In this document: in pieces, positions 35,481 through 47,383 of the stretch
How the letters are laid out: every line of letters starts with the position of its first letter
Position numbering within the stretch: position 1 is the first letter of the stretch
Origin: Oikopleura dioica
Taxonomy: Eukaryota; Animalia; Chordata
NCBI GenBank assembly: GCA_907165135.1
Contig: OU015567.1
Span: 5,828,001 to 5,892,000, forward strand
Direction of reading: 5' to 3'
DNA length: 64,000 nucleotides
Program-made: the position numbers and the translations under genes
Notes under the pieces: model-generated
Told to the model about the DNA's origin: nothing
What the model saw: only the letters and a program-made list of their open reading frames with translations
Databases searched by the model: none

Positions 35481-38400
35481 AAAGTCGGGATGCGGCGCGG
35501 CTTCATTTCGGATTCGCAAGAAACATAAAAGAATCGACAATTCTAGCTCTGTCGTCTTTCAAATACAAATTTGCCTGCGAAAATTGCCCTTGCTTAGTTT
35601 GAAACTTCTTGCTATCGAAGCTGAAAAACTGCTTTCAACGTCTTTTGAATGGTTTAAATAAGGGTGTCACTGTTCTAAAAATGCGAAATACCTTTTTATT
35701 AAATAGACCCTCTTAAAATCTTTATGCTAATAGCCAAGTTAATTTTATAGTAAAATAGCTAGTTTTTATTATTATTTATTATGGTCTGCCTAGGTATTAT
35801 TCTGCCTAGCTATGGTCTTTTTTCTACGACAATAATCATTAGTAAATAAAAAAAGCGAGAAGTGAGCTGTTGAAGGTGACCTAAAGACTCATCATCTTCC
35901 TAGTAGTATCGATCCTTTTCTGCTCTATCAATTCATTTTGAGAAGAAGAATAGACAATAGTAGATTGGCAGCATACAGATTGATCTTTCTTTTTTTTTAA
36001 TTTTTGTAATTATGTTATTTTTCGTTTTTTTTTGTTTCATTCATTTAGCTGGAAAGTGGAGGGCTAGATCACCCTGAGGAACGAAATTGGTGAATTATTT
36101 AAACGCCTCGACGAATAAATAAAAAATGTCTTTTTTGAATAAATGAAGGTTTCAGTCGGAAGAGATCCTCAAATATATCGCTTTGGATGAAATATGCAAT
36201 GGCACATGAATTCTTGCAAAGACCGTTTTTGGGAAGAAAAAAGGTTGAAGGTCAGCTTGTCAATTTTAGTCGATGGAAAAGGCGTTTTGGGAATTTCTAC
36301 TTGAGCAAAATCAACAGTTCTAGATCTTAAAGTTGGTGCAAATTTGATTGGTTAATGGGCTCAATACAGCTATTTTATTGGTCGATTTCGTCATTCCATT
36401 TTTTTATGGAAAATGCCAGTCTGATTTTCGCTACCAGTAAAAAGCAGGTCGACGCATAATTCATCAAAAGAAAGGCTTTCATTCTTGACTTATGCCGCCT
36501 CCGAGAATCGTTATTCTCGTTGATGAATGAAACAATAAACTTTAATTATTCAACATTGTTTTTAACATTCTTGGTAATTTATTTTCTCCCTCTTATTTTC
36601 CTATCGCGCCATTTTTTTCTCATTTTTCATTTTGCCACTTTTCGAACATCCATTCTAGCGTTACCCTGCAATGACCCTCCCTGCCTGCTGCAGTTGGACA
36701 AGCCCTAACCTCACAATCGCCCTGTTGTTAACCCGTTAATCAAAATGATAATCTCCGTACTTTGACAGCTGCTATGTGACATGAATTTATAGCGCTAGAA
36801 ATTAGGTAGTCAATTTTGCTTCCTCGCGGAAGACAGGCTCCATCATTCTAATAGACGGTCTCCTGCAGGCTGCATCGTAAAAATTGCATTTTTTAAGCTG
36901 CGAATCCGTTCCTGGCGCGAGCCGTTCCGCGACGTATTCCGCCGGAACGCCGGAGTCTGAGCTCATCGTGCGTGAGCGGGGTCCACTCCACCTCAAGAAT
37001 GGTGAAGCCACCCCCATCAGACATTTGCTATGTCACGGGATGAGGCGCCAACGGTGCTGCTGATATTTAAACATAAACACAACCACGACGGCCGCCTTCT
37101 AAAACAACTGGATTAGACTACGTGCGAGTGGCGAGTGTGGCTGCTCTGCCCCCAGGGGAGTGCCCAGCCGTGCTAGTGCGCGAGCGCGGCCCCCACCGAA
37201 AAATGGCGAGCGAGTTTTGGGCACGCGCCGCATCGGCAAAATGTCACACAAGCGATGATTAGTCGGAAACAAATCAGCTCATCCTGCACAACTACCGAGT
37301 AGAAGTAGAAGTACACGGCTAAATTTATTACGCCGGTAACACCCTTAATTCGCCGAGTTATCCGCCGCCCTCTGATCTATTTCATTCAAGAAGTTGTAAA
37401 AAGAAAGCTTACAGAAATAGCTTATCAAATTAAACATTCCTTTAACATACTTCTATTCCTGTATCCTAACAACTATCTATAATCAAATCTATTTTACTAA
37501 TGGTAAGACAAGTTAAAATTCCCTAAAAGAATCTACCTAGAAATTAGTAAGCAAGAAAGTCTATGGAGTTTGGAAGTCTCTGATTGGTTCCATTGAGGAA
37601 TAAGGGCATTTGATTGGCTGAAAAGCCCTATGAAAGGGCACAGCCTATTTTGAATTAGTAATTTTGTAATAGAAATCGTCAGTTAAACTGCAAAGAAAGC
37701 GAAAGAAAAATGACGGCCTTCTGACGGCAGGGGTCCATTTTGGACATGTTGCCGATCGATTTTGGAAAATTCAAAGCTGTCAGCTCTTTTGATTAATGTT
37801 ACACTGTGTGGCGAACAGGGGCGAATATGATTCGCCGATGGGCCCGATCGGACGAGCAGTGGAAGGGATGGCCTTTCCCCATGGACCCATCCTCGCTGAC
37901 TCATTTTATCGGAATATTTTACAAAAGAAAAATAAAAGAAAAATGGCGTCGAAAATATCAAAAGGGATTATTGCTGATTATTGATAGTTTTTCTTTTGAT
38001 TTTTACGACTTCCAAAAGCCATAACACGGGCGTCTCGCCAACCACCGCTTCTGACATTTTTTTCGAAGCAAAGAAACTAACCTGTGGATGAACCTGACGT
38101 GGTTGTCGAGAATCTTCGTCTTAGGGCAGTGCTTCCATCACCTGGAAGCTTTCTGTTCTTCTTCGTTGATTTCTTCGTTGAATTCTCTGTTTTTCGAAGT
38201 CTTCTTTTTTCTGTCTTTTTTCTGGTTCTCTTTGGCTTCGTTTCTCTAGTGAGTGAGGTTGCTGTAGTTGTGTTGTAATATTCGGCGGTTTAGTTTAATC
38301 TAGGTTAATAAATCGCAGGACTGGCCGTCTTCGATTTTCCACCAGCTCTCTTTTCTCGTTTTTCTCAGTTAATAATATTTCAAATCGAGGCTGCGCGCCG

Positions 38401-40734
38401 GTGCGCCCTCTTGCGGCCCGCCCAAGAAGAGAGAGAGAGAGGATCTTCTTTTTTCTGCTTCTGCTTGAGGAGGATGGTCGAATTCGGCGATTTCGAGTTT
38501 AGTTCTCTCTCCTCGCTGGAATTGCTTTTCTTCTTTTCGTATCGTTTTTGGACCGCTCGCTAGGCGTAGTGTGTTTTGGCAGACTCCACCTGTAACAAAG
38601 GATTCAGATCTGTTCCCAGTGCAAGAATGAGTTACTACTAAAAAGGAGGAGGGGATAAGCTCGTTTGGACAAGTTCAAGATTGGGCAAGAAGATCTGCGG
38701 CGGAAAGCCCTCAGGATGTTCATGAAATAAGCGCCACCCGTCCAAAGAACATGGTTAATTGTCATCACCAAGACAATTGGTAGACGCTTGTTGATTAAAA
38801 TTGTTATGTTTATCTAGAATTTTCGAAAGAAGACGCCGGTCTCTTGAGAAATCTCCCTCCTCGCCAACAAAGAAAAGGAACAGATCTGAACCCTTCCCCA
38901 AATGCTTGTTTATCTAATTAGGACATGCCTTCATCAGTAAATGTCAAAAGGAATAAAAGAGGGGAGAAAAAAAAAGAAAGTTTTACGACGGAAAATTTGA
39001 AATTAGCCTGTTGGTTATTATTAGCTTGCAAAAAGGGTCGTTGTTTGAAAATTTTTGCGAAATCAATTTTGAATGATGAATCGAAACAATGGGGAAAATA
39101 GGAAATGCGAAAAAGAGAATGGGAGGTGCGCAGTGGCGGAAACTGAACCCAGCAGCCTGGGTAATAAATGGTCAAGTTTACGATGAAACGTGACGGTATT
39201 CCGAGGCGTTTACGAAAAGTAACAACCGTTAATTGTCGAAAAAAAAGAGTTTCATTCTGAAAAACGCTCGAAATAGTAAGCTTTTATTGGGTTTTAAATA
39301 GCGCAATCTGGATTTTTTATTGAGCCTTTTATTAAGTTATATCGTAAATAAAGAAGAATCCTCTTTCATCATCACTTTCTTTTTAGTCTCACATCAGCAC
39401 TTATAAATCAGCGACTTCCCGTTTACACCCGCTCAAAAATCCACAGATCGATCATCGAGGCACGAAAATTCAGACTTCAAAATTTCATAAATTGGCAGAT
39501 GATTTGCGCCCTAATTACGCATGATTGGCTCTTTCTCTCCCGGAAAGAGCCCCCCTCTTTGTCACTTTTTGACATTTTTTTCCTGAATAAGAGTCGCCAA
39601 TTTTTCGAATTGTCGTTTTTTTTGGCGGCTTTTTTGGCAAAAGTTGGCGGTATTTGCCGATTCCGATTTCTACAGTCTAAATTACGAGAATGTCATTTTA
39701 GCAGCCGCCCAGGCACAGTGGCGTGATTTAGCCTGCCCTCCATGGCTCACTACTTTGTAACCTAATAAGCTCGCAGTCTATTACTATCGATTTCTGAATC
39801 CGCATATTTTTTTTCCTCTTCGCGGAGAAAAAATAGCAGCGTAAAGTTCACTCTCCCAATTTGCCAAATTGAGAAACAGAGGGAATAGATATCCTTTATA
39901 TTGCCAATTGGCTATTACTCTCTGCTTTTTTTTTCAAAATCGCAGCGAGTTTTTCTTTTTAACTCTTTTGGATATTGAAGAGTTTTTTTTTTCTTCTGAA
40001 TCTCTTTGGCCGGAAAAGCGAATCTCTTGAATAAGTCCCTTTTTTGGTATTTTTGGTATAAACATTATTATTAAGAATTTGCGAGAAAGAGTAGCAGATT
40101 TCGAGCGATTTTCCTGGTGGAGAGGCGTTCGAAAAATCGAGAAGGGCGATTCTCCCTCAGGCGTGAATTTGCAGCCCGCGCGCGCCCCCCAGCTATCCGG
40201 AGGGTCGAATCCATCTTTACTGGTAACGAGTTAAGCTCGTGCAACTCATTCAACTCGCATATGGAAAATAACAAATGAGAGCATTTTTTTCGTTGATGCC
40301 GGATGTACTCTAGTACGCGCGGCTGGCTTAGCGCCTCTGTCAACTGGCTTAGTGATTTACTCTTCTTTTCTCAGTTGTCTTTCCAGTTATCATTATCTCC
40401 AATCTCGTATATTATAGAGAGACACCCGGCTCTACAAAGAACAATGATCCTTGGTCCCGCCACTATATTCCGTTCTGGAGTTTACTTCGAGCAGAAAGCC
40501 CATGCTAAGTGTTTGAGTTGCATTATTGACGCGGCTATGTCGAGTTGACGATCGATTTCCCGCATAACACAATGCGATGAATACAAAAATCACCACCAAA
40601 ACTCCACAAGGTGGCGCCAATGCTTAATTAAACTAAGCATGGGTCATCTAAGTCCAGCACCCTTCTTTTATTAAACAAAAATTAAAGTAGAGATTTCAGC
40701 CGAAAAAGAAAGAAAGTCCTCAATTCGGGCCTCG

Positions 40735-40960
40735 AAAACCTGGTGAAAAAGCTGTGTCAGGATCTTAAGAGCCGACATGAAAAGTCGCGTAGCGGCTTTT
40801 TTGAAAACGAAGCCGCGTAGCGGCTTCGCAAAATTATCATTCCAATCAATTCTTATGTTTTGGCGAAGCCGCTCTGCGGCTTCGATTTTAAAAAAGCCGC
40901 TACGCGGCTTTTCACTTTCGCTTCTCAAATCCTGACTCAGCTTTCTAAGCAGGTTGCCGA
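40735..40960. repeat. Nested-palindrome family member, intergenic
   Basis: AAGCTGTGTCAGGAT / ATCCTGACTCAGCTT arms with inverted AAGCCGC...GCGGCTT units. Confidence 0.7.
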
Positions 40961-41087
40961 GCTCAGCCATTATCTTCTTCCGGACAAGACGATCCAAATC
41001 TCCCGTCGACAACTTTCATGCATACGGCTCAATAGGCTTCACACTTGAGAAATTGCAAGAAACAGTAGATTATTCAGCAAATAAATT

Positions 41088-42504
41088 GTTTGAGGCGGGA
41101 TTAAGTATGTCTCGTTTTACAGAGCTGCTGATTGCAAGTGATGATTCCTTTATGTCTTCATGCGGACAAGCGAGAAAGTAATAAATTGATACTCGAAGCG
41201 ATTTATTGTTTTATTCGAAGCCAAGGCTAAAAACTCAGGTTTTTGTACGGCTCATGTATTTTCTGAGCCATGACGAGGACGAATATTCAAAAATTTACGC
41301 TGTCCGCTTATGAGTATGATTGTCATTATTTCCCAACAGAGAGTTAAATAGAAGCATCCACACTGGATTCCACAGGTTTTATATTCACTTCACACCGATG
41401 AAAGTGGAACTCGGAGCCGTTGTTTTAACTACTTTTTCAGTTTTTCTAGCTCTTTTATTAACCAAAGGAAGAAAAAGAGAGCAAGTACAATCGGAAGAAA
41501 CTTCATGGACTCAAGATGAGCTCACTGGAGTGAGCAAAATCGGCTATAGAAATATTTTAATCGAAATAGAAAGAAAAATTTTTGACGGAATTATTTCTAC
41601 GGATCGCTTTACGTTCCCCGATGCGCTGAAATTTTGCGAAGAAAATGAAAAACGAATGCCAACTGATTACTTTAAAATCAAGAACAATGAATTCAAAGAA
41701 TACCCTGATTTAGGCCTTTGGGTCAATGCCTCATTGGATGTTACTAAAAATGTGAGTTATGGTTTGCCAAAGATGCAAGAAAAATTCGAAAAAATAATGT
41801 CAAAAATTTTTGATTAGCCTCTTTGGGTCCTGCAGAATTATGACGGAGAGCATATGAGAAAAAATAGTCTTTTCTTCACTCTTCCAGGAGAGCATTATTG
41901 GGATTATATTCGGTTTATTTGCGACGATGATCGCGTTGATGATCAAAGTGGAGAAATAAAAATACAAACTGCGTAAGTGAATTCAAGATGTTGCTCTCCC
42001 AAACGAGTATTCTAGTGAAACAGCTGAAAATCTACCTTGTAAGCCGATGGTTCTCACAAAAACATTTTTGGAAACTTACTTCAATAGCGATGGATACATC
42101 GGAAACGGCTTTTACTCCGGCCTGAAGCTCAAAGACTACGATTTTCACCTCACGAATCTAATGATTACCAATGAAGGAAGTAAGTCGTTCAAATAGAATT
42201 AAGTATCGTTTATTAAATAACACTAGAATTCGCTCTTTCTTGGATGTCATGCAACGCAGGAGATTCTTTTCTCAGCGAAAATTGTGATCATCCCTTTTCG
42301 GATAAACTATTTGGTAGGATCTTTTCTTTTATTCTTGTTTGTCAATTTCTTTTCAGGAAAAGTAAAAATCGTGGATCAATCAATTTATCGAAAAGTAGTT
42401 TGTTACTGAGAAGGGACCTTCATTCTTTTATCTGGACAAAGAGTAATAAATTGATAGACAAGCGATTTATCGTTTCATTGGCAAGCAATCGCTGAAAATT
42501 CCGA
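41088..42504 (+). repeat. 1.4-kb direct segmental duplication, copy 1 (copy 2 at 45947-47318)
   Basis: Near-identical sequence from GTTTGAGGCGGGATTAAG to GCTGAAAATTCCGA in both copies. Confidence 0.95.
41398..42409 (+). CDS. Type II membrane protein with a C-type-lectin-like region, copy 1
   Basis: N-terminal TM, then FTFPDALKFCEE...LWVNAS. Four GT-AG introns keep the frame to IYRKVVCY*. The fold assignment is by motif resemblance only. Confidence 0.65.
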
Positions 42505-42760
42505 TGCCGGCTTCGACACTGTTGATCCAGTCCGTCCAATTCTCATCCTGTCGAATGGTTTTGATTTGAGCTGACAAGACTAGCGAGTAATAATCATAAA
42601 CCCTTCTCTTTTCGCTGAGGATACAAGCCGGAATAAGGGACCATTTGGCACCAGCAGCCGTAGATAATCAAGTTATTTGCGTCGAAATCCATCGCGCCCT
42701 CCATCAGAAGCATGAATTCCGCCATTGACTTAGATTGTTCAATCAGAAATGCCCACAAAA
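42505..42760 (-). pseudogene. Fragment of a second PLA2-like gene (SMAEFMLLMEG...YGCWC, then LDGLDQQCR), truncated
   Basis: Matches 11092-11240 and 11470-11535. Homology stops at the edge of the lectin duplication. Confidence 0.7.
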
Positions 42761-44272
42761 GGCATTTTCTCGTTTTCGGAATAACTTCTTTATGTATCAT
42801 TCGAAAAAATTTGTAAGGTGACTTTGTGATCATCCGAAATTCATGCCGGCGACCTTGCTATGCCGGTGATATTGGTGTTTTGTTGTACGGTGAGACTTGT
42901 CCACACGGGGAGAACGAGGATTCGCCGAATCAAGGGCAGTTCCCTCGGATACGAAGCACTTCGGATCAACGCGGTTCAATACGGTACAACGCAAGACCAA
43001 GAGTAATCAGCCCGCCGGCATAAATTGAGAGAATTTGCTTAAACTTTGCCTAATGGGGTTATTGAGGCCCTACATTGTAGACATGTAGATTCAGAATCTG
43101 AATTAAAAATTGACAAAGGGCAGGAAAGATTGAGTACTTTGCAGCTGATAAAAGGAAATGATTTATTCGAAAATCAATCATCGAAAGCCTTCATCAGTCA
43201 ATTTTGACTTCAGATTCTGAATTTTCGGCCTCAATTACCCCATTGGGCAAAGTTTTAGCGAATTCCATCTTTGAATCTTCTTTATCTTCACTTTTTACCG
43301 TCAGAAATTTTACCGTCAATTATGCCGAACTGATTTTTTAAATAATATATTAATAAATACTACAAGAGAAGCATAGTGACCAGAGAAGCGTGGCTACAAG
43401 AGGAGCATTTTACCAAATGGCTATAAGTCGAAGGTTTCCTCCATTTTCATTTTTTTCGTATTTTATTAAACCATTTCGAAGTACAAAGTTCTTGATTCGA
43501 CCCTCGCTGAACCTGGCTTCCGCGGTGTTTAGAATACAAGCGATCGAAGTACTTCGCATTCGACTCGATTCAACACCGTACAACACATGACCAAGAACAA
43601 CCAGCCCGCCGGCATAAATTATGAGATGTGTTCGTCTCTCTAGCAAATTCTGATGCTTATAAAGCAAAATAATTTTTTTTTCGAGCAAAACGTAAACAAG
43701 TAAATCTTAAAAAAATCGTAAAAATGATTAACGTATCACAATCTATAAAACCGCTCATGATGATAACACTTCCTTCATCTCGAGAATTATATATATTCGA
43801 GGTCAAAAAATGGCTAAAATCGGGATTTTCGATGAGATGGGTTGGTGTCTCGCTTTCTACCGTTAAAATTTGATGACGAAAAATTTATTTGAGAGAGATG
43901 TTGCTCGATTTAAGATAGCTCTGTCTATCGCCAAAGAGAAAATTTGAAAATTTAAGGCTAGCTGGCTTTGAGCGCCGGGCTAGAATCGGTTATTTTCGGG
44001 AAAACCTATCTCTCCCCCTTAAAACCAGTCTTTCAACGGGTTTTTTGTTCGTCTCAATTCTAGAGACGAGCCGACCTTGCTAGAGTATTACTTTTGATGA
44101 AAACTCTCCATGGCGACCTTGCTTGAGTGTAACTTTTCTTGAAAACTCTTTATGGCGTAATGGCGACAACTCGCGGCGGCGCTACGAATCGACGAAATAA
44201 AACGGTTCGTACTCGTAAAATATGTAGATTCAAAAAAGTCTCTTTTTCTGATAAATTATCAGATTTCCAAAT

Positions 44273-45465
44273 ATGAAGGTAAAAATCAGAGATAAACGGC
44301 GTTCAAAAAATCGGCCCAAAAACCGATTTCGAACGTAGCCGCCCGCCACCCTTAATAACGCTTAAATTTAGCTATCTACGATCTTCGCCACTGCGGCAAG
44401 CTACGCCTCTGCGTATGAAGCGTTGACTTCATCTTCTTATTCATCGTGGGAAGCAAAGCCGGACAATTTTCAATGCGGAGGATCAATCACTGGCCCGGGG
44501 ACAATTCGATCTCCAAACAGCGCAAATAACTTCTACTACGATCAAGTGGACTGCTTCTGGAACATTGCACTCGATCCTTCCGTCACTCAGTTCACCATCG
44601 TTGCCAAGTCGTTCTCCGTTGAAGAATGTGCAGGTTGCGGCTGCGATTGGCTTGAAATTATCGACAGGAGCTACCAGGGAAAGGCCTACTGTGGTCTTGT
44701 CGACCCCAACACTCTTCGACGCCGACGATCTGCTGAAAAAAAATCGGGTGGAGATCTGGAAGGTAGACAGACTTCGTGGCAACCGACCGACCAGACCGGC
44801 CTGAAAACGCACACTGTGAATGGAAACATGGGTACAATCAGATTTTACTCCGATGACAGCGTATCGTACAGAGGCTTCGAACTCTGCATCTCCATTGACG
44901 GAGATGACTCCTGCCCGCTGCCTGATGGAGGATCTGCCGGCAGTGCCGGTGGTAACGGTACTACTACAGACGCGCCCGCTACTCCGGCCGAGGCTTGGGA
45001 TGCGATCGCCGTAGCTGCTGCCGATGTTGCCGTCGAAGTCGACGACTTTTATGCCGCCCTTCCTGGCCTCGGCAAAAACTCAGTTCTCGCATCAAAGAAG
45101 GTCGATCGATACAACGCTTTCTTCAACAAGATGCTCTTCCTCCAGGAAAGGGTTGACAACAAATGATTAAAGAAATATTTTTTGCGACAAAACGCGTGAA
45201 CCCTTTCTCTAAGAACAAAGCTTCTGCTGATCCCTGCGACTACCCCGCCGGCTCGAACGATCCCGCCACTTTCGTCGCACCTGTCGATTCCGACGATGCT
45301 TGCGAAAAACTTCAAGGAGTTTTCGCCTCGCTCATGTCCTTCGTCGACTCTTACGTCTGCATGAACGACGCCGACGAGAGCCCTCTCAGATTGACAAGAC
45401 TCATCCAACGACAGCGAATGCAGATTGTCACCAGGAAGCTCAAGCAGATGAAGTGCGGAAACTAA
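44273..45465 (+). CDS. Secreted CUB-domain protein with a C-terminal helical Cys-containing region
   Basis: MK|LSTIFATAASYA (intron 44279-44371). CGG...IRSPN...CFWNI...CDWLEI...YCG...IRFYSDDSVSYRGF are CUB motifs. One further short GT-AG intron. Confidence 0.9.
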
Positions 45466-46221
45466 GTCTATCGAGTTTCTACTTTCGAGACTTTGATGTT
45501 TATTGGTGATTTTTTTCTCTTTGATTCTGCTAAAAGAGCCCTAATCTCATTCTGTTTTTGAAAAAACATTGTTGCTAATAAATCGTCATTTCTCAGAAAT
45601 TTCGTGTGTGTCTTTTGAATATGGTATCTTTTCGCGCTCGCTGATTTTCTGACAATGATTGTGACGGGAACAAATACTTTTGGCTTTTAAGTGTTTTTGG
45701 TCGCAAGTCTTTCAGATGCCGAACACACAAGAGCAGCAGAATTAAGCTAATTGCAACGCAAGAGCGGCGGCATATCAAATCTGCAATTCTCACTCATGTC
45801 CAGTCTAACAAGGAGCATTGTCTTTTCTGCATGGAGTTGAGTGAATTACGCTGGGAACCATGCTGCGGCTGGTTTTTGACGGACTACGCGGGCAGCTGGG
45901 GCTTCTATATTCATAATACTTAAAAAACTATTTAAAAAAATAAAAAGTTTGAGGCGGGATTAAGTATGTCTCGTTTTACAGAGCTGCTGATTGCAAGTGA
46001 TGATTCCTTTATGTCTCCGTGCGGACAAGCGAGAAAGTAATAAATTAACACTCGAAGCGATTTATTGTTTTATTCGAAGCAATAGAGAAATATTCAGGAT
46101 TTGGTCATGTATTTTCTGAGCCATGACGAGGACGAAATATCCGCTTATTACTTGATTGTAATTATTTCCCAACAGAGAGTAAAAGAGAAGCATCATTAGG
46201 TTCTACGTTCACACCACGACG

Positions 46222-47228
46222 ATGAAAGTGGAACTCGCAGCGATTGTTTTAATTATTATTTCGGTTTTTCTTGCTGCTCTTTTAACTCAACTAAACGATA
46301 AAGAGCGAGTACAACTGGAAGAAATTTCATGGATTCAAGATGAACTCACTGAAGTGAGCAAAATCGGCTACAGAAATATTTCAATCGAAATGGAAAAAGA
46401 AATTTTCGACGGAATTATTTCTACGGATCGCTTTACGTTCCCCGATGCGCTGAAATTTTGCGAAGAAAATGAAAAAAGAATGCCAGCTGATTATTTTAAA
46501 ATAAAGGACAATGAATCCAAAGAATACCCTGATCTAGGCGTTTGGGTTAATGCTTCATTCGATGTTACTAAGAATATAAGTTATGGTTTGCCAAAGATGC
46601 AAGAAAAATTCGAAAAAATAATGTCAAAAATTTTTGATTAGCCTCTTTGGGTCCTGCAGAATTATGACGGAGAGCATATGAGAAAAAATAGTCTTTTCTT
46701 CACTCTCCCAGGAGAGCATTATTGGGATTATATTCGGTTTATTTGCGACGATGATCGCGTTGATGATCAAAGTGGAGAAATAAAAATACAAACTGCGTAA
46801 GTGAATTCAAGATGTTGCTCTCCCAAACGAGTATTCTAGTGAAACAGCTGAAAATCTACCTTGTAAGCCGATGGTTCTCACAAAAACATTTTTGGAAACT
46901 TACTTCAATAGCGATGGATATATCGGAAACGGCTTTTACTCCGGCCTGAAGCTCAAAGACTACGATTTTCACCTCACGAATCTTACGATTACCAGTAAAG
47001 GAAGTAAGTTGCTCAAATATAATTTAGTGTCGTAAATAACACTAGAATTCGCTCTTGCTTGGATGTCATGCAACGCAGGAGATTCTTATCTCGGCGAAAA
47101 TTGTGATCATCCCTTTTCGGATAGACTCTTTGGTAAGATTTTTTCTTTTGTCTTTTTTTGTCAATTTCTTTTCAGGAAGAGTAAAAATCGTGGATCAATC
47201 AATTTATCGAAAAGTCATTTGTTTCTGA
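46222..47228 (+). CDS. Type II membrane protein with a C-type-lectin-like region, copy 2
   Basis: Same exon structure as 41398-42409. Ends IYRKVICF*. Confidence 0.65.
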
Positions 47229-47383
47229 GAGAAAAACATCATCTTTTTCATGAAGGAAATAAATTGATAGACAAAGCGATTTATTGTTTCATTGGCAAGC
47301 AATGGCTGAAAATTCCGACTTTTGTCAGCTTTTCCAGAGACAGGCAGTAAGGAATAAATAACAGTTGATTTTCGGTTTTCGAT

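Noticed and set aside
36802-38278. Candidate Nav N-terminal exons (MSSDSGV...APGTDS; Lys/Arg-rich frame ending at a GTTAGT donor)
   Set aside because: They could not be joined in phase to the DLEAGK exon with confidence.
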